From contig CAVQSP010000013.1 of NCBI GenBank assembly GCA_963715985.1, forward strand, positions 544,001 through 608,000: a stretch of 64,000 bases of DNA, in the 5' to 3' direction. This document shows, in pieces, positions 10,253 to 19,535 of the stretch. Origin of the DNA: an uncultured Thermoleophilia bacterium (GTDB taxonomy: Bacteria > Actinomycetota > Thermoleophilia > UBA2241). How positions within the stretch are numbered: the first letter of the stretch is position 1; each line of letters opens with the position of its first letter. The notes below the pieces were generated by a model that did not search any database, was not told the DNA's origin, and worked only from the letters and a program-made list of their open reading frames with translations. The position numbers and the translations under genes are program-made.

Positions 10253-11055
10253 CGAGACTCACCGAACAGGACGTGCGCTCACTCACCGAGCGGCTCGCCG
10301 CCTTCGAGGACGGGCTGCGCGAAGTCGCGGGCATCGGCTTGCGCGAGCTCGCCATGGCCACGGTCGCGGACCCCCCGGTGTGCGTACCCCTCCACGGCAC
10401 GCGGATCGCGGCGGTGCCCATCACCTCGGGCCAGGGAGTGATCTCCGGGTTCACGGATTGCGTGGCCACGATACTGCGCCACATCGACTGTGACGCCTGG
10501 GTCACACAGCAGCCGGACGTGCGTGGCATCCAGGAGGCCATGACCAGCCGCGCCGAGGTCATCTTCCTCGCCGACGACTATCGCTTCGTGGCGCTCGACG
10601 TGCGCAAAGGCCGCTGCATCGACGACGATCCCGCTACGGCCGACGGCTACGTGACGGCGCTCGAGGCTGCGGCCGGCGGCTTGTTCGGCCGCAGGGTGCT
10701 GCTCCTCGGCCTGGGGCCTGTGGGCAGGGCCGCTGCGCGCCGCCTGGTGCGGTGCGGGGCGAAGGTCGAGGTCGTGGAGCCCGACGAGGCGCGATTGCAG
10801 GCCGCGCTGGACATCGGGCTCCGCATCAGGCCGGTCACGCTCGAGGAAGGCCTCTCCCGCTGCGACCTGATCTTCGATGCCACGCCGGCGCCGGACTTCA
10901 TCGACGCCGGCGACATCTCGGAGGCCACCATCGCCGCAGTGCCGGGCATCCCCTCGGCGTTCACACCCGCGGCGCAGGCGGCCCTCGGCGTGCGCCACAT
11001 CCACGAGCCGCTTGCCGTGGGCGTGGCCGTGATGGCCGCTCGCGCGCTCGTCTAG
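10249..11055 (+). CDS. pylD: Pyrrolysine synthase (3-methylornithyl-N6-lysine dehydrogenase) PylD
   Basis: MTRL start, VPITSGQGVISGF, PDVRG, FLADD, ATADGYV, GLGPVG, DATP, HEPLAVGV; ends in TAG. Confidence 0.92.
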   Translation: MTRLTEQDVRSLTERLAAFEDGLREVAGIGLRELAMATVADPPVCVPLHGTRIAAVPITSGQGVISGFTDCVATILRHIDCDAWVTQQPDVRGIQEAMTSRAEVIFLADDYRFVALDVRKGRCIDDDPATADGYVTALEAAAGGLFGRRVLLLGLGPVGRAAARRLVRCGAKVEVVEPDEARLQAALDIGLRIRPVTLEEGLSRCDLIFDATPAPDFIDAGDISEATIAAVPGIPSAFTPAAQAALGVRHIHEPLAVGVAVMAARALV

Positions 11056-11125
11056 GCGCGCCGGCGGCGAGACCGTCCTGCGCTCGCCGGACGCTTCGGC
11101 GACTCGTAGTACAATGGTCGCGCGC

Positions 11126-11198
11126 GGGGGGTCGATCGTAAGGATCAGCGCGGACTCTAAATCCACGTAGGCGGGTGTGACTCCCGCACTCCCCGCCA
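11126..11198 (+). tRNA. pylT: tRNA-Pyl (CUA anticodon, amber-decoding)
   Basis: GGGGGGT/ACTCCCC acceptor, G discriminator and encoded CCA; single linker base; GATC/GATC D-stem with 5-nt loop; long anticodon stem with CTCTAAA loop; short variable loop; T-loop without TTC; TACAAT at 11110-11115. Confidence 0.96.
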
Positions 11199-11245
11199 CT
11201 CTCTCTTCTTCCCGGCCCAGCCTGACGGCACCGGCGTGCCGCGTC

Positions 11246-12175
11246 TCAGGGCACGAACGTGACCGGGATGCGCACCTCGTCCTGGCGCGAGCCGTCCTCC
11301 ATCGACTGGTCGTAGACGATGAGGGTACCCGCCCCCGCGGACGTGCTGAAGGGGATCACCTTGCGGAAGTCGCCGCGCTCCGGGCCGCCGGCCGAGGCCT
11401 GCACCGGGACGTTGACGATGCGGCGGCCGCTGTCGTCGATGAGGCGAGTCATGAAGGCGCCCTCGAACACCAGGGCCGTCCCCGAGAGGACGAACGGGTT
11501 CGTGAGGACGGCGCCGACGCCGGGGCGCTCGACGAAGATGGCCGGCTCGAAGTCCGACCACTCGGCGCGCGTCTGCCCCGGATCGACGAGGAGGCCCTCG
11601 CCGCCGAGCGAGGCCAGCGGCTCGCCGTCCATGCGCAGGTCCACGGACTTCACCGAGTCGAACTGGGTGACCGTGTAGACGACCTGCGCCACGCGCGCCT
11701 GCATGGAGAGCGAACCGCCGCCCGAGGCGAACTCCCCCGACAGGTCCACGGTGGCGACGCCGTCCTTGACGGACACGCCGAGCAATCGCGTGCCGGGCGG
11801 GACGGCGCTGGAGAGGCCGGCGGCCTGCTCCGAGGTCGCCGGCCCGTCGCACAGCGCCGTCAGTGCAGCGGCGGCCACGGCTTGGGTGCGTGGCACCTGC
11901 CGCTCGGCCACGCCGAGCTTCTCGCCACGCAGGAAGTACGGACGAACGGTGGTCGTCGCGGCGGCGGGCGACGACGACGGCGCCTCCGACTCCTGTGGCG
12001 AGGCCGGCGTCGTGGTCCCGCTCGCGGCGCCGGTCGGAGTGGCGCCGCCCGTCGCGCCGCCGGCTGTGCCGCCGCAGGCGGCCGCCCCGGCGGCGCCGGC
12101 CAGTGCGAGGATGAGCGCGAGTGCGAGGAGTGTGGGCCGCAGGCGCGCAGTGCGCGGGCGCGGGATGTGGATCAT
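11246..12175 (-). CDS. Secreted/lipoprotein with GerMN and Gmad2-like Ig domains
   Basis: Signal peptide with AAAC, Thr/Ala linker, GVATVDLSGEF...AQVVYTVTQF, GTALVFEG. Confidence 0.8.
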   Translation of the reverse strand: MIHIPRPRTARLRPTLLALALILALAGAAGAAACGGTAGGATGGATPTGAASGTTTPASPQESEAPSSSPAAATTTVRPYFLRGEKLGVAERQVPRTQAVAAAALTALCDGPATSEQAAGLSSAVPPGTRLLGVSVKDGVATVDLSGEFASGGGSLSMQARVAQVVYTVTQFDSVKSVDLRMDGEPLASLGGEGLLVDPGQTRAEWSDFEPAIFVERPGVGAVLTNPFVLSGTALVFEGAFMTRLIDDSGRRIVNVPVQASAGGPERGDFRKVIPFSTSAGAGTLIVYDQSMEDGSRQDEVRIPVTFVP

Positions 12176-12261
12176 GGGCGGCCTCGTCTCGGCGATCGCA
12201 GGGGATTCACTTTCGCCGCCACGGGGGCCGCCTCCTGCCGGGGGTGGTAGACTGCAGCCCC

Positions 12262-12588
12262 ATGCCGACCGACCCCAACAAGGCGCGGTACTACCGCAAG
12301 CAGATCCCGCTCTTCCGGCTGCTGGAGAAGATCAAGCTGTGGCCCTCGCGCCGCGGCATCCTGCACGGCATCCGCGAGTTCGAGCCACGCGGCTCCTACG
12401 CCATCGTCGTCACGCACTGCGGCAAGCAGATGGTGGTGCACGACTCCAAGACCAGCCGCGCCGCCCGCTGGCTGCGCAACAAGTGGTACGCGGAGGCCTG
12501 CCCGAAGTGCCGCATCCCCGAGTGGAAGCTCCAGAAGTACGCCTCGACGCACTTCAATCGCGGGTACGGCTCTCACCTGCACGAATGA
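12262..12588 (+). CDS. pylSn: Pyrrolysyl-tRNA synthetase N-terminal subunit PylSn
   Basis: KIKLWPSRRGILHGI, THCG, SKTSRAARWLRNKW, ACPKCRIPEWKL; TAGACT 8 nt upstream. Confidence 0.95.
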   Translation: MPTDPNKARYYRKQIPLFRLLEKIKLWPSRRGILHGIREFEPRGSYAIVVTHCGKQMVVHDSKTSRAARWLRNKWYAEACPKCRIPEWKLQKYASTHFNRGYGSHLHE

Positions 12589-12600
12589 CCCGGCCGTGCG

Positions 12601-13239
12601 TCAGGGCGTCACGCCCTCGGCTGCGGGCGGGTCGTAGCTGATGCGCCCGCTGGCGAGGTCCAGGAACCGCCAGCCGCGGATCCCTGAGACCTTCCAGGCG
12701 CCATCCACCGGTGCCAGCGTGTACTCCATGATCACCGCCGTCGGTGAGGCCCTCGTGTGCATGTCCTCCGGCCCGCGCCGGGCGCTCCACCGGCACGAGG
12801 TGATGAAGTGCTCCACCGCGGCGCGCAGCACCACACGCCCGTCGGGGAAGCGGCCCAGGAAGTCGTAGTACACCACGCGTCCCCGGGCCGAGATGGGGAT
12901 CCGTCCGCCGGCCGTGCGCCGGCTGTCCAGCAAGCCTTGCGGCCGGTCTGTTTCCAGCCAGCGCTCCAGCACCCCGCCGGTCGCGTACCTTGCCATCTGG
13001 GCGTCCGCCATCGCCTGGAGCGCGTCCCTCTCCGCCGCCGAGAACGTGCTCAGGCCGCGGTACGCCACCGGCCACAGCGGGACCGGCGCGAGTTCGTAGC
13101 CGACGACGGTCGCCGTCATGGCCACCCTGTTGTGGCCCGAGGGGGGCGCGAGCGTCCACGCCTCGAGTGCCCAGAGGCCTGCGGCGGCGACGATGAGGAC
13201 GGTGAGGACGAGGCGCGCGTGCGGGAGCCTGCCGCGCAC
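12601..13239 (-). CDS. Hypothetical membrane-anchored protein
   Basis: N-terminal hydrophobic helix; directly follows the radical SAM gene. Confidence 0.5.
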   Translation of the reverse strand: MRGRLPHARLVLTVLIVAAAGLWALEAWTLAPPSGHNRVAMTATVVGYELAPVPLWPVAYRGLSTFSAAERDALQAMADAQMARYATGGVLERWLETDRPQGLLDSRRTAGGRIPISARGRVVYYDFLGRFPDGRVVLRAAVEHFITSCRWSARRGPEDMHTRASPTAVIMEYTLAPVDGAWKVSGIRGWRFLDLASGRISYDPPAAEGVTP

Positions 13240-13241
13240 GG

Positions 13242-14120
13242 TCAGAGCAGCCGCCAGCTCTCCGGGCGCAGCCGCACAGACTCCGGTGCCAGCAGGACCT
13301 TGTCCAGGGAGGCGAGTATGGCGGCCTTGTCCCGCGGCAGGCGGCCGCCCACGGGCAGGTAGTTGGAGGCGTGGTTGCTGCGGAAGAGGCAGTCCGACAC
13401 GTCGAGGTCGGCGACGATCTCGCGCAGCTCGCGCAGCATCCCCAGGGAGTCGGGGAGCACGAGCTCTCCGCTCGCGACCCTCCGCTCCATGGCGGTGCCG
13501 GGCGTGAGCATGAGCGTGAGCACGCCGATGTACTGGGGGTCGATGGCGGACAGAGCCCGGCCCGTGGCTGCGCCGTGTTCCAGCGACCGCTCCGCCCCGG
13601 CCAGCCCGAGGATGGCGGTCACCGAAAGGGCGATGCCGGCCTCCGTGGCGCGCCGGCAGCCGTCGATCTGCTCCGCCACCGTCATGCCCTTGTGGACGTC
13701 GGCCAGGGTCTGGTCGTCGCCGGACTCCAGGCCCAGGTAGAGAAGCGCCAGGCCGTGTTCGCGGAGCGACGCCAGATCCTCCACGCTCTTGGCCAGCAGG
13801 TTGCGCGCGTTGGCGTAGCTGCTCACGCGCTCCAGATTGGGGAGCGCACGGTGGAGCAGTTGGAGGATGTCGTGGAGCTTGCGCGGACTCAGGGCGAGCG
13901 CGTCGCCGTCCGCCAGAAAGACGCGGTCCACGCGGGTGCGCACGGTGGACGGCAGGTTGAGGACGTCGTCCACCACCTCGTCGAAGGGCCGCACCGCGAA
14001 CGGCTTGTCGAGGTAAGTGCCGCAGAAGTCGCAGGTGTTGTTGGAGCACCCGTACGTCACCTGGACGATCAGGCTGGAGGCTTCGCTCGGGGGGCGGATG
14101 ACGGCACCGTGGTATCTCAC
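13242..14120 (-). CDS. Radical SAM protein (RPPSEA subfamily)
   Basis: IRPPSEASSLIVQVTYGCSNNTCDFCGTY, VFLADGDAL, YLGLESG, FRSNHASNYL. Confidence 0.88.
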   Translation of the reverse strand: MRYHGAVIRPPSEASSLIVQVTYGCSNNTCDFCGTYLDKPFAVRPFDEVVDDVLNLPSTVRTRVDRVFLADGDALALSPRKLHDILQLLHRALPNLERVSSYANARNLLAKSVEDLASLREHGLALLYLGLESGDDQTLADVHKGMTVAEQIDGCRRATEAGIALSVTAILGLAGAERSLEHGAATGRALSAIDPQYIGVLTLMLTPGTAMERRVASGELVLPDSLGMLRELREIVADLDVSDCLFRSNHASNYLPVGGRLPRDKAAILASLDKVLLAPESVRLRPESWRLL

Positions 14121-14312
14121 GCCCCTGATGCTAGCACGGGTGCCCGTGGTCGCGCGGCCTTGTGCGCCGGGACACATGGTGGGCTCCGAGCGCGGCTGAT
14201 ATACTCCGGCGGTCGCAGGAAGGGGGAGCGACACGCCGTCTCCAGCCTTCCTCGAACCGCCACACCTCGCAGTGCGGTGTAGCCGTTGGAGACATTGGGA
14301 GGAGCCCCACGC

Positions 14313-14946
14313 ATGGCCACCATCTACGAAGAAGCAGCCCAGACCATCATCGACGCCGACCGCGCCGGGGCCGAAGCGGTCGCAGCTCGCGCCCTCGCCG
14401 AGGGCATCAGCCCCGCCGACATCATGCAGAACGGCTTCGTCATGGGCATCCAGGAGGTCGGCGAGCTCTTCGAGAGCGGCGAGGTCTTCCTCCCCGAGCT
14501 GATGATGAGCGCCGACGCCATGGCCGGCGCCACCGAGGTCACCAACGCCGCCCTCGAGGGCGAGGCCGCCGAGGCCAAGGGCGTGATCGTCATCGGCACC
14601 GTGCAGGGCGACGTGCACGACATCGGCAAGGCGATCGTGATCGCCTACCTGAAGGCCAACGGCTACGAGGTCCACGACCTCGGGCGCGACGTGCCCGCCG
14701 AGGCCTTCCTCACCCGTGCCGCCGAGACCGGCGCCGACGTGATCGGCATGAGCGCCCTGCTCACGACGACGATGGAGGAGCAGAAGAAGGTCATCAAGCG
14801 CGTGCAGCGAGGAGGGCCTGCCCTACAAGTGCGTCGTCGGCGGCGCCCCCGCCACGCAGCGCTGGGCCGACCAGATCGGCGCCGACGCCTACGCCGAGGA
14901 CGCCAACGACGGGGTCAAGAAGATCAACGAGCTGCTGGGGAAGTAA
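14313..14946 (+). CDS. Methyltransferase cognate corrinoid protein (MttC/MtbC-like); frameshift near 14808
   Basis: VGELFESGEVFLPELMMSA, GTVQGDVHDIGK, DLGRDVP, SALLTTTM; next frame VVGGAPATQRWADQIGADAYAEDA. Confidence 0.9.
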
Positions 14947-14970
14947 GAGCCCGGACAGCTGAGTGCGCCG

Positions 14971-15004
14971 TCGAGGGGGCGGGCCGTGAGGCCCGCCCCC
15001 TCGC
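14971..15004. terminator. GC hairpin terminator
   Basis: CGAGGGGGCGGGCC GTGA GGCCCGCCCCCTCG. Confidence 0.6.
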
Positions 15005-15160
15005 GCGTACGCCACTCGTGCGCTGCACCCTCGGCGTCTGAACGAGTGGGCCGACCGGTCCGACTGCTACCGCGACAGCCCGACGCATGCGCGGGGCGCC
15101 GACCTCGACCAGGTCGTGGCCTGGTGCGAGCCCGGACCCGGTGTGGCGGCGCTGGACTGC

Positions 15161-15295
15161 GTCAGATGCTGAGCGGCGCCCCTGCGGCGCAGCGCTCGAC
15201 ATCCCCGCTTGCGCCGTGCGACCGGCCCATGGGGCCGGCCTCATTGCGCTGCGTCAGATGAAGAGCGGTGACCCTGCGGCGCACCGCTCGACATC
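15161..15295. repeat. Two copies of a ~43-bp palindromic REP-like element
   Basis: GTCAGATG..GAGCGG..CCCTGCGGCGCA.CGCTCGACATC at 15161-15203 and 15253-15295. Confidence 0.65.
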
Positions 15296-15324
15296 TCCCC
15301 TCGCCGCGGCTTCGCTGCGGCTCG

Positions 15325-16155
15325 TCAGATGTTGAGCCGCACGCCGTTCACGTACGTGAGGCTGCGGCCGGCGCGCTCGATGTTGGGGTAGCCCTCGCGC
15401 ACCATGATCAGCCGTTCGAGGCCGAACCCGAGGCCCACCCACGGCTCCATGATGCCCCAGTTGCCGTCCAGCGGGTGAGGGCCCATCCCGGCCGAGCACA
15501 CCTCCGTGCCGCCGACCTCGACATCCACCATCTGGCCGTACACCTCGGACTCGGTGCGCACGAGCTCGTACTCGCTCACCCCGGCGGCCTGCATCACCAG
15601 CGCCGCGAGCTCGTTCATGCGCTCGCGGCAGGTGCCTGCCGGCGTGCCGAGCTCTACGAGGTTGAGCATCGTGAACTCGTTGAGGTGGCTGGCGCCCTTG
15701 CTGTCGCGGCGGAAGCAGGTGCCGATCTCGAAGATGCCGAAGGGGCGGCCCCACATGCGGCCCAGACGGCGCATCACGGTGTACAGGTTGGGTGCCAGCA
15801 TGGGCCGCAGGCAGCGCCCGTCCTCGAGCCAGAACACCTGCTCGCGCAGCGGGTGCCCGTGCTCGATACCCATCTTGACGAGCGAGTCGGCGGCGATGAT
15901 GAGCGGCGTCACCACGGGGACGAACCCGGCCCCGCAGAGGGCGGTGCGCAGCGCCGTCTCAAGCTCGATCAGCTCCGGCGCCCGGCCGCCGTCGCGAAGC
16001 TCCTGCAGGCGTCGCCGGCCGTCGCGGACCAGTTCGTCCTCGGCGGCGCGAAACGCGGCGTCGCGCGCCGCCGCGTCGGCGAAGGTCGCCGCGGTCAGCC
16101 CGGCGCCCCCGCCGAGCTCGCGCAGGCGCTGCAGTTGCGTGGCGGTGAGGTTCAC
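15325..16155 (-). CDS. pylSc: Pyrrolysyl-tRNA synthetase catalytic subunit PylSc
   Basis: CLRPMLAPNLY, FEIGTCFRRDSKGASHLNEFTMLNLVELG, VYG, GPHPLD..WGI..PWVGLGFGLERL; AAAGGAG before GTG at 16155 (alternative start 16185). Confidence 0.96.
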   Translation of the reverse strand: MNLTATQLQRLRELGGGAGLTAATFADAAARDAAFRAAEDELVRDGRRRLQELRDGGRAPELIELETALRTALCGAGFVPVVTPLIIAADSLVKMGIEHGHPLREQVFWLEDGRCLRPMLAPNLYTVMRRLGRMWGRPFGIFEIGTCFRRDSKGASHLNEFTMLNLVELGTPAGTCRERMNELAALVMQAAGVSEYELVRTESEVYGQMVDVEVGGTEVCSAGMGPHPLDGNWGIMEPWVGLGFGLERLIMVREGYPNIERAGRSLTYVNGVRLNI

Positions 16156-16181
16156 GCTGTCTCCTTTGTCCGGCGCCGGCG

Positions 16182-17267
16182 TCACGTCCCCGCCCCGGGG
16201 AGCCGAACGCGGGCCAGGTAGTCCGTGAGGCCGCCCACGAGGGCTCGGGCCACCGCCTCGATGTGGGATGGGCGTCGCGCCAGGCGCTCCTCGTCGGGGT
16301 TGCTCAGGAAGAGCGGCTCGACAAGAACGGCGATGGCGCGCGTCTCGCGCAGCACGCCGTAGTTGCGCCCGAACTCGCCCAGGCTGCAGCCGCCCGTGGC
16401 CTCGAGCCGGGCGGCCAGATGCCCGGCCAGCAGGCGCCCGTGCTCGGAGAAGTAGTGGCCGCGCTGGAAGTAGTAGCAGGCGGCGCCACGAGCGGCCGTG
16501 GAGCGGTCCTGGTTGCCGTGCAGCGAGATGAAGCAGTCGGCGCCCGCCGCACCGGCGGCCTCGGCGCGTGCGTACAGCGGCAGCGTGTCGTCACGCTCGC
16601 GTGTGAGCCGCACGCGACAGCCCTCGGCGCGGAGCAGCTCGGCGAAGCGCAGCCCGAGCGCCAGCGAGAAGTCCTTCTCCGCGAGGCCTGACGGCGAGAC
16701 GTACCCGGTGTCGGTGCCGCCGTGCCCGGGGTCGATCACCACCACCTGCCCGGTGAGGCTGCGCGCCGGCACGTAGCCGCCGTCACGTTCGGGGATCTTC
16801 TTGCCCTCGCGCCCCGACTCCGCCTTGCGCAGCGCCTCGAGCTTGCGGATCGTGCTCTCGCCGACGATGCCGTCGGGGATGAGCCCGGCGTTGCGCTGGA
16901 AGTCGAGCACGCCGCGCTCCACGTGGTCGTCGTGCACGCCGCGTTCGGCGCCGGCGTTGAAGCCCAGCAGGTTGAGCTTGACCTGCAGGGTGAGCACGTC
17001 GTCGCCGCGAAACGGCGGCTCCTTGAGGTAGAGCAGCCGGTCGCCGAGCGCGTAGCCCGCCTCCACGAGCTCCCGCCACGTGTTGGCGCCCACCACCCCG
17101 TCGGCCAGCATGTCGCGCTCCTGCTGGAAGGTGCGAACAGCCGCCTCGGTGCTGGGTCCGAAGAACCCGTCCGCGCCCTCGCGGCCGGGCTCGTGTCCCT
17201 GCCCGCGCAGGCGGGTCTGTACGTCGAGGACTTCTTTGCCGCGGTCGCCGCGGGAGAGGTTACGCAC
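16182..17267 (-). CDS. N-acetylmuramoyl-L-alanine amidase with two peptidoglycan-binding domains (CwlM-like)
   Basis: ADGFFGPSTEAAVRTFQ repeats; VVIDPGHGG, ISLH, VLVEPLFLSN. Confidence 0.88.
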   Translation of the reverse strand: MRNLSRGDRGKEVLDVQTRLRGQGHEPGREGADGFFGPSTEAAVRTFQQERDMLADGVVGANTWRELVEAGYALGDRLLYLKEPPFRGDDVLTLQVKLNLLGFNAGAERGVHDDHVERGVLDFQRNAGLIPDGIVGESTIRKLEALRKAESGREGKKIPERDGGYVPARSLTGQVVVIDPGHGGTDTGYVSPSGLAEKDFSLALGLRFAELLRAEGCRVRLTRERDDTLPLYARAEAAGAAGADCFISLHGNQDRSTAARGAACYYFQRGHYFSEHGRLLAGHLAARLEATGGCSLGEFGRNYGVLRETRAIAVLVEPLFLSNPDEERLARRPSHIEAVARALVGGLTDYLARVRLPGAGT

Positions 17268-17279
17268 GCCGGATCCCCG

Positions 17280-18129
17280 TCAGATGCCCATGCCCGAGCG
17301 CACGCCGGTCACGATGAGGATGAGGATGGCGACGCCCACGACGATGCGGTAGACGACGAAGATACTGAAGGTGTGCCGCTTGAGGTAGGCGAGCGTGAAC
17401 CAGATCGCGGCGAACCCGCTCACGGCCGCCGAGAGGATGCCGACCGCAAAGGGGGTGGCGGTACCGGCCGGCAGGCCGTCCTTGGCCACCTCGAGCGCCT
17501 TGTACGCGGCCGCCCCGCCGATCACGGGGATGCTCATGAGGAAGGAGTACTGCGCCGCCGACTCGCGGTCGAGGCGCATCAGGAGGCCGGTCATCATGGT
17601 GATGCCGGAGCGCGACACACCGGGGCACAGGGCGAACGCCTGGGCGATGCCGATGAGGACGGCGTCGAGCCAGCTGAGGCTCTCCAGGTCGCGGTCCAGC
17701 CTGGCGATGTGGTCGATGAGGTACATGACGCCGGCGAACACGATCATCATGACGGCGATGATCCAGGGTCTTGCCGAGGCGGTCCTCGATGAAGCTCTCC
17801 AGAGCGACTCCGATGATCGCCGCGGGGATGGTGCTGACGATCAGCAGCCAGGCGAGCTTGGCCTCGGGGTCGGCGAGACTCCGCCTGGACATGCTGCGGG
17901 CCCACGCCGCAAGCAGGCGCCCGATCTCGCGCCAGAAGTACACCACCACGGCCACGAACGTGCCCAGGTGCAGGGCCACGTCGAACGTCTTGTTGAGGCC
18001 GGGGTTCTCGAGGAGGAAGTGCCAGTTGAAGAGCCACGGGACGATGATCAGGTGACCGGAGCTGGAGATGGGCAGGAACTCGGTCAGACCCTGGACGATG
18101 CCGAGGATGAGGGCCTGCAGGATGGTCAC
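17280..18129 (-). CDS. uppP: Undecaprenyl-diphosphate phosphatase; frameshift near 17770
   Basis: GIVQGLTEFLPISSSGHL and PGVSRSGIT in consecutive frames. Confidence 0.9.
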
Positions 18130-18260
18130 GGATGATCCTCGCTTTGGTGGGCGGTGACGGGCGGGCGCGCGCCGCCCCCCGAGCCTGAGTTTAGCCCACG
18201 GTATACCTGTGGAGGCATCGGCGTCGACCGCGGGCGCGCCCGCGAAGGGAGAGAAGGGAA

Positions 18261-18677
18261 ATGGCGGCAAGCGACCCGGTCGTGGTGAGCTGGAAGCAGA
18301 AAGGCCTGCTGTTCGGGGGGGTCACCTCGCACGGGCGTGTCGACCTGGCTTCGTCCCTCGACGGGCCCGGGCAAGGAGCCACCCCGATGGAGTTGCTCGC
18401 GGTCTCCCTGGCCGGCTGCACCGCGATGGACGTGGTCTCGATCCTGCAGAAGATGAGGCAACCGCTGGAGGAGATCCGCGTCGAGGTGCGTGGCGAGATG
18501 GCTGAGGAGCACCCCAGGCGCTTCATCTCGCTGGAGGTCGTGTACTACCTCAAGGGCGCCCTCGACGAACGCAAGGTCCGGCGCGCCGTCGAGCTCTCGG
18601 AGACGCGCTACTGCTCGGTGGAGGCCACACTGCTGCCGACGGTCGCCATCACGTCGCGCGTCGTCATCGAGAGCTGA
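18261..18677 (+). CDS. OsmC-family protein
   Basis: PMELLAVSLAGCTAMDV...YCSV. Confidence 0.88.
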   Translation: MAASDPVVVSWKQKGLLFGGVTSHGRVDLASSLDGPGQGATPMELLAVSLAGCTAMDVVSILQKMRQPLEEIRVEVRGEMAEEHPRRFISLEVVYYLKGALDERKVRRAVELSETRYCSVEATLLPTVAITSRVVIES

Positions 18678-18769
18678 CGCATCAGACCGTTCGCACTACG
18701 AGCACCGTGTTTACAGGGAATGGCCGTGCTTGTACTATCGCGCAGATACCGACTCTTGAAGGGAGGTGC

Positions 18770-19498
18770 ATGGACCGCGACCACGAGCTTTCGGCGGTAC
18801 TTGCCGACGACACCCGCTACGGCATCTACCGCGCCATCGCCGAGCGTCCCGGCGAGGACGTCACCGTCGCCGACATCGCGGAGCGATTCGGGCTCCATCC
18901 CAACGTCGCGCGCATGCACCTCGCCAAGCTCGAACAGGCCGGATTCCTCTCCACCGGCTTTCGCCGCAGCAGCGGAGGCGGCCGGCCGGCCAAACTGTAC
19001 CGGCTGAGCGACATGGTGGTGACCTTCGGGTTCCCGCCGCGGCGCTACGAGCTTCTCTCCCGCCTTGCGCTCGACGCGCTGGCCGCGGGAGGGTCTCGCG
19101 ATGACGCCCTTCGCGTGTGCCTGGAGGCCGGCGCCGCAGAGGGCCGCCGCGTGCTGTCGCACGAGACGCGGCCCCCGACCGACCCGGCCGTGGCCGCCGA
19201 GCTCGTGAGCCAGGTCGCCGAGGAACAGGGCCTGCTGCCTCTCGTCGGCTGGAAGGGCGACGTGCTCGAGGTGATCGTCAACAACTGCACCTTCCGCGAG
19301 CTCTCCGGCGGCGATCCCGACCTGGTCTGCGCCATGCACCGCGCCTTCCTCGAAGGCGTGATCGAGGTGGTCACGTCCGGGCTCGGACGCCTGCGCATCG
19401 AGGCCGGCGACTGCCGCATCAGCTGCGGCGACGCACGCTGCGAGCTGCTCTGCACATTCTCCGAGAACGGCGAGGGCGGCCCCGGCTCAGCGCGGTGA
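18770..19498 (+). CDS. ArsR-like HTH regulator with Cys-rich C-terminal domain
   Basis: LHPNVARMHLAKLEQAG, GGRPAKLY, NNCTF, LVCAMH. Confidence 0.82.
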   Translation: MDRDHELSAVLADDTRYGIYRAIAERPGEDVTVADIAERFGLHPNVARMHLAKLEQAGFLSTGFRRSSGGGRPAKLYRLSDMVVTFGFPPRRYELLSRLALDALAAGGSRDDALRVCLEAGAAEGRRVLSHETRPPTDPAVAAELVSQVAEEQGLLPLVGWKGDVLEVIVNNCTFRELSGGDPDLVCAMHRAFLEGVIEVVTSGLGRLRIEAGDCRISCGDARCELLCTFSENGEGGPGSAR

Positions 19499-19535
19499 TA
19501 GAGTTGCGGGCGCACCGCACCGAGAGGAGGGGCCG

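Noticed and set aside
11199-15324. Integrative element inserted at pylT
   Set aside because: No integrase and no duplicated tRNA 3' end found
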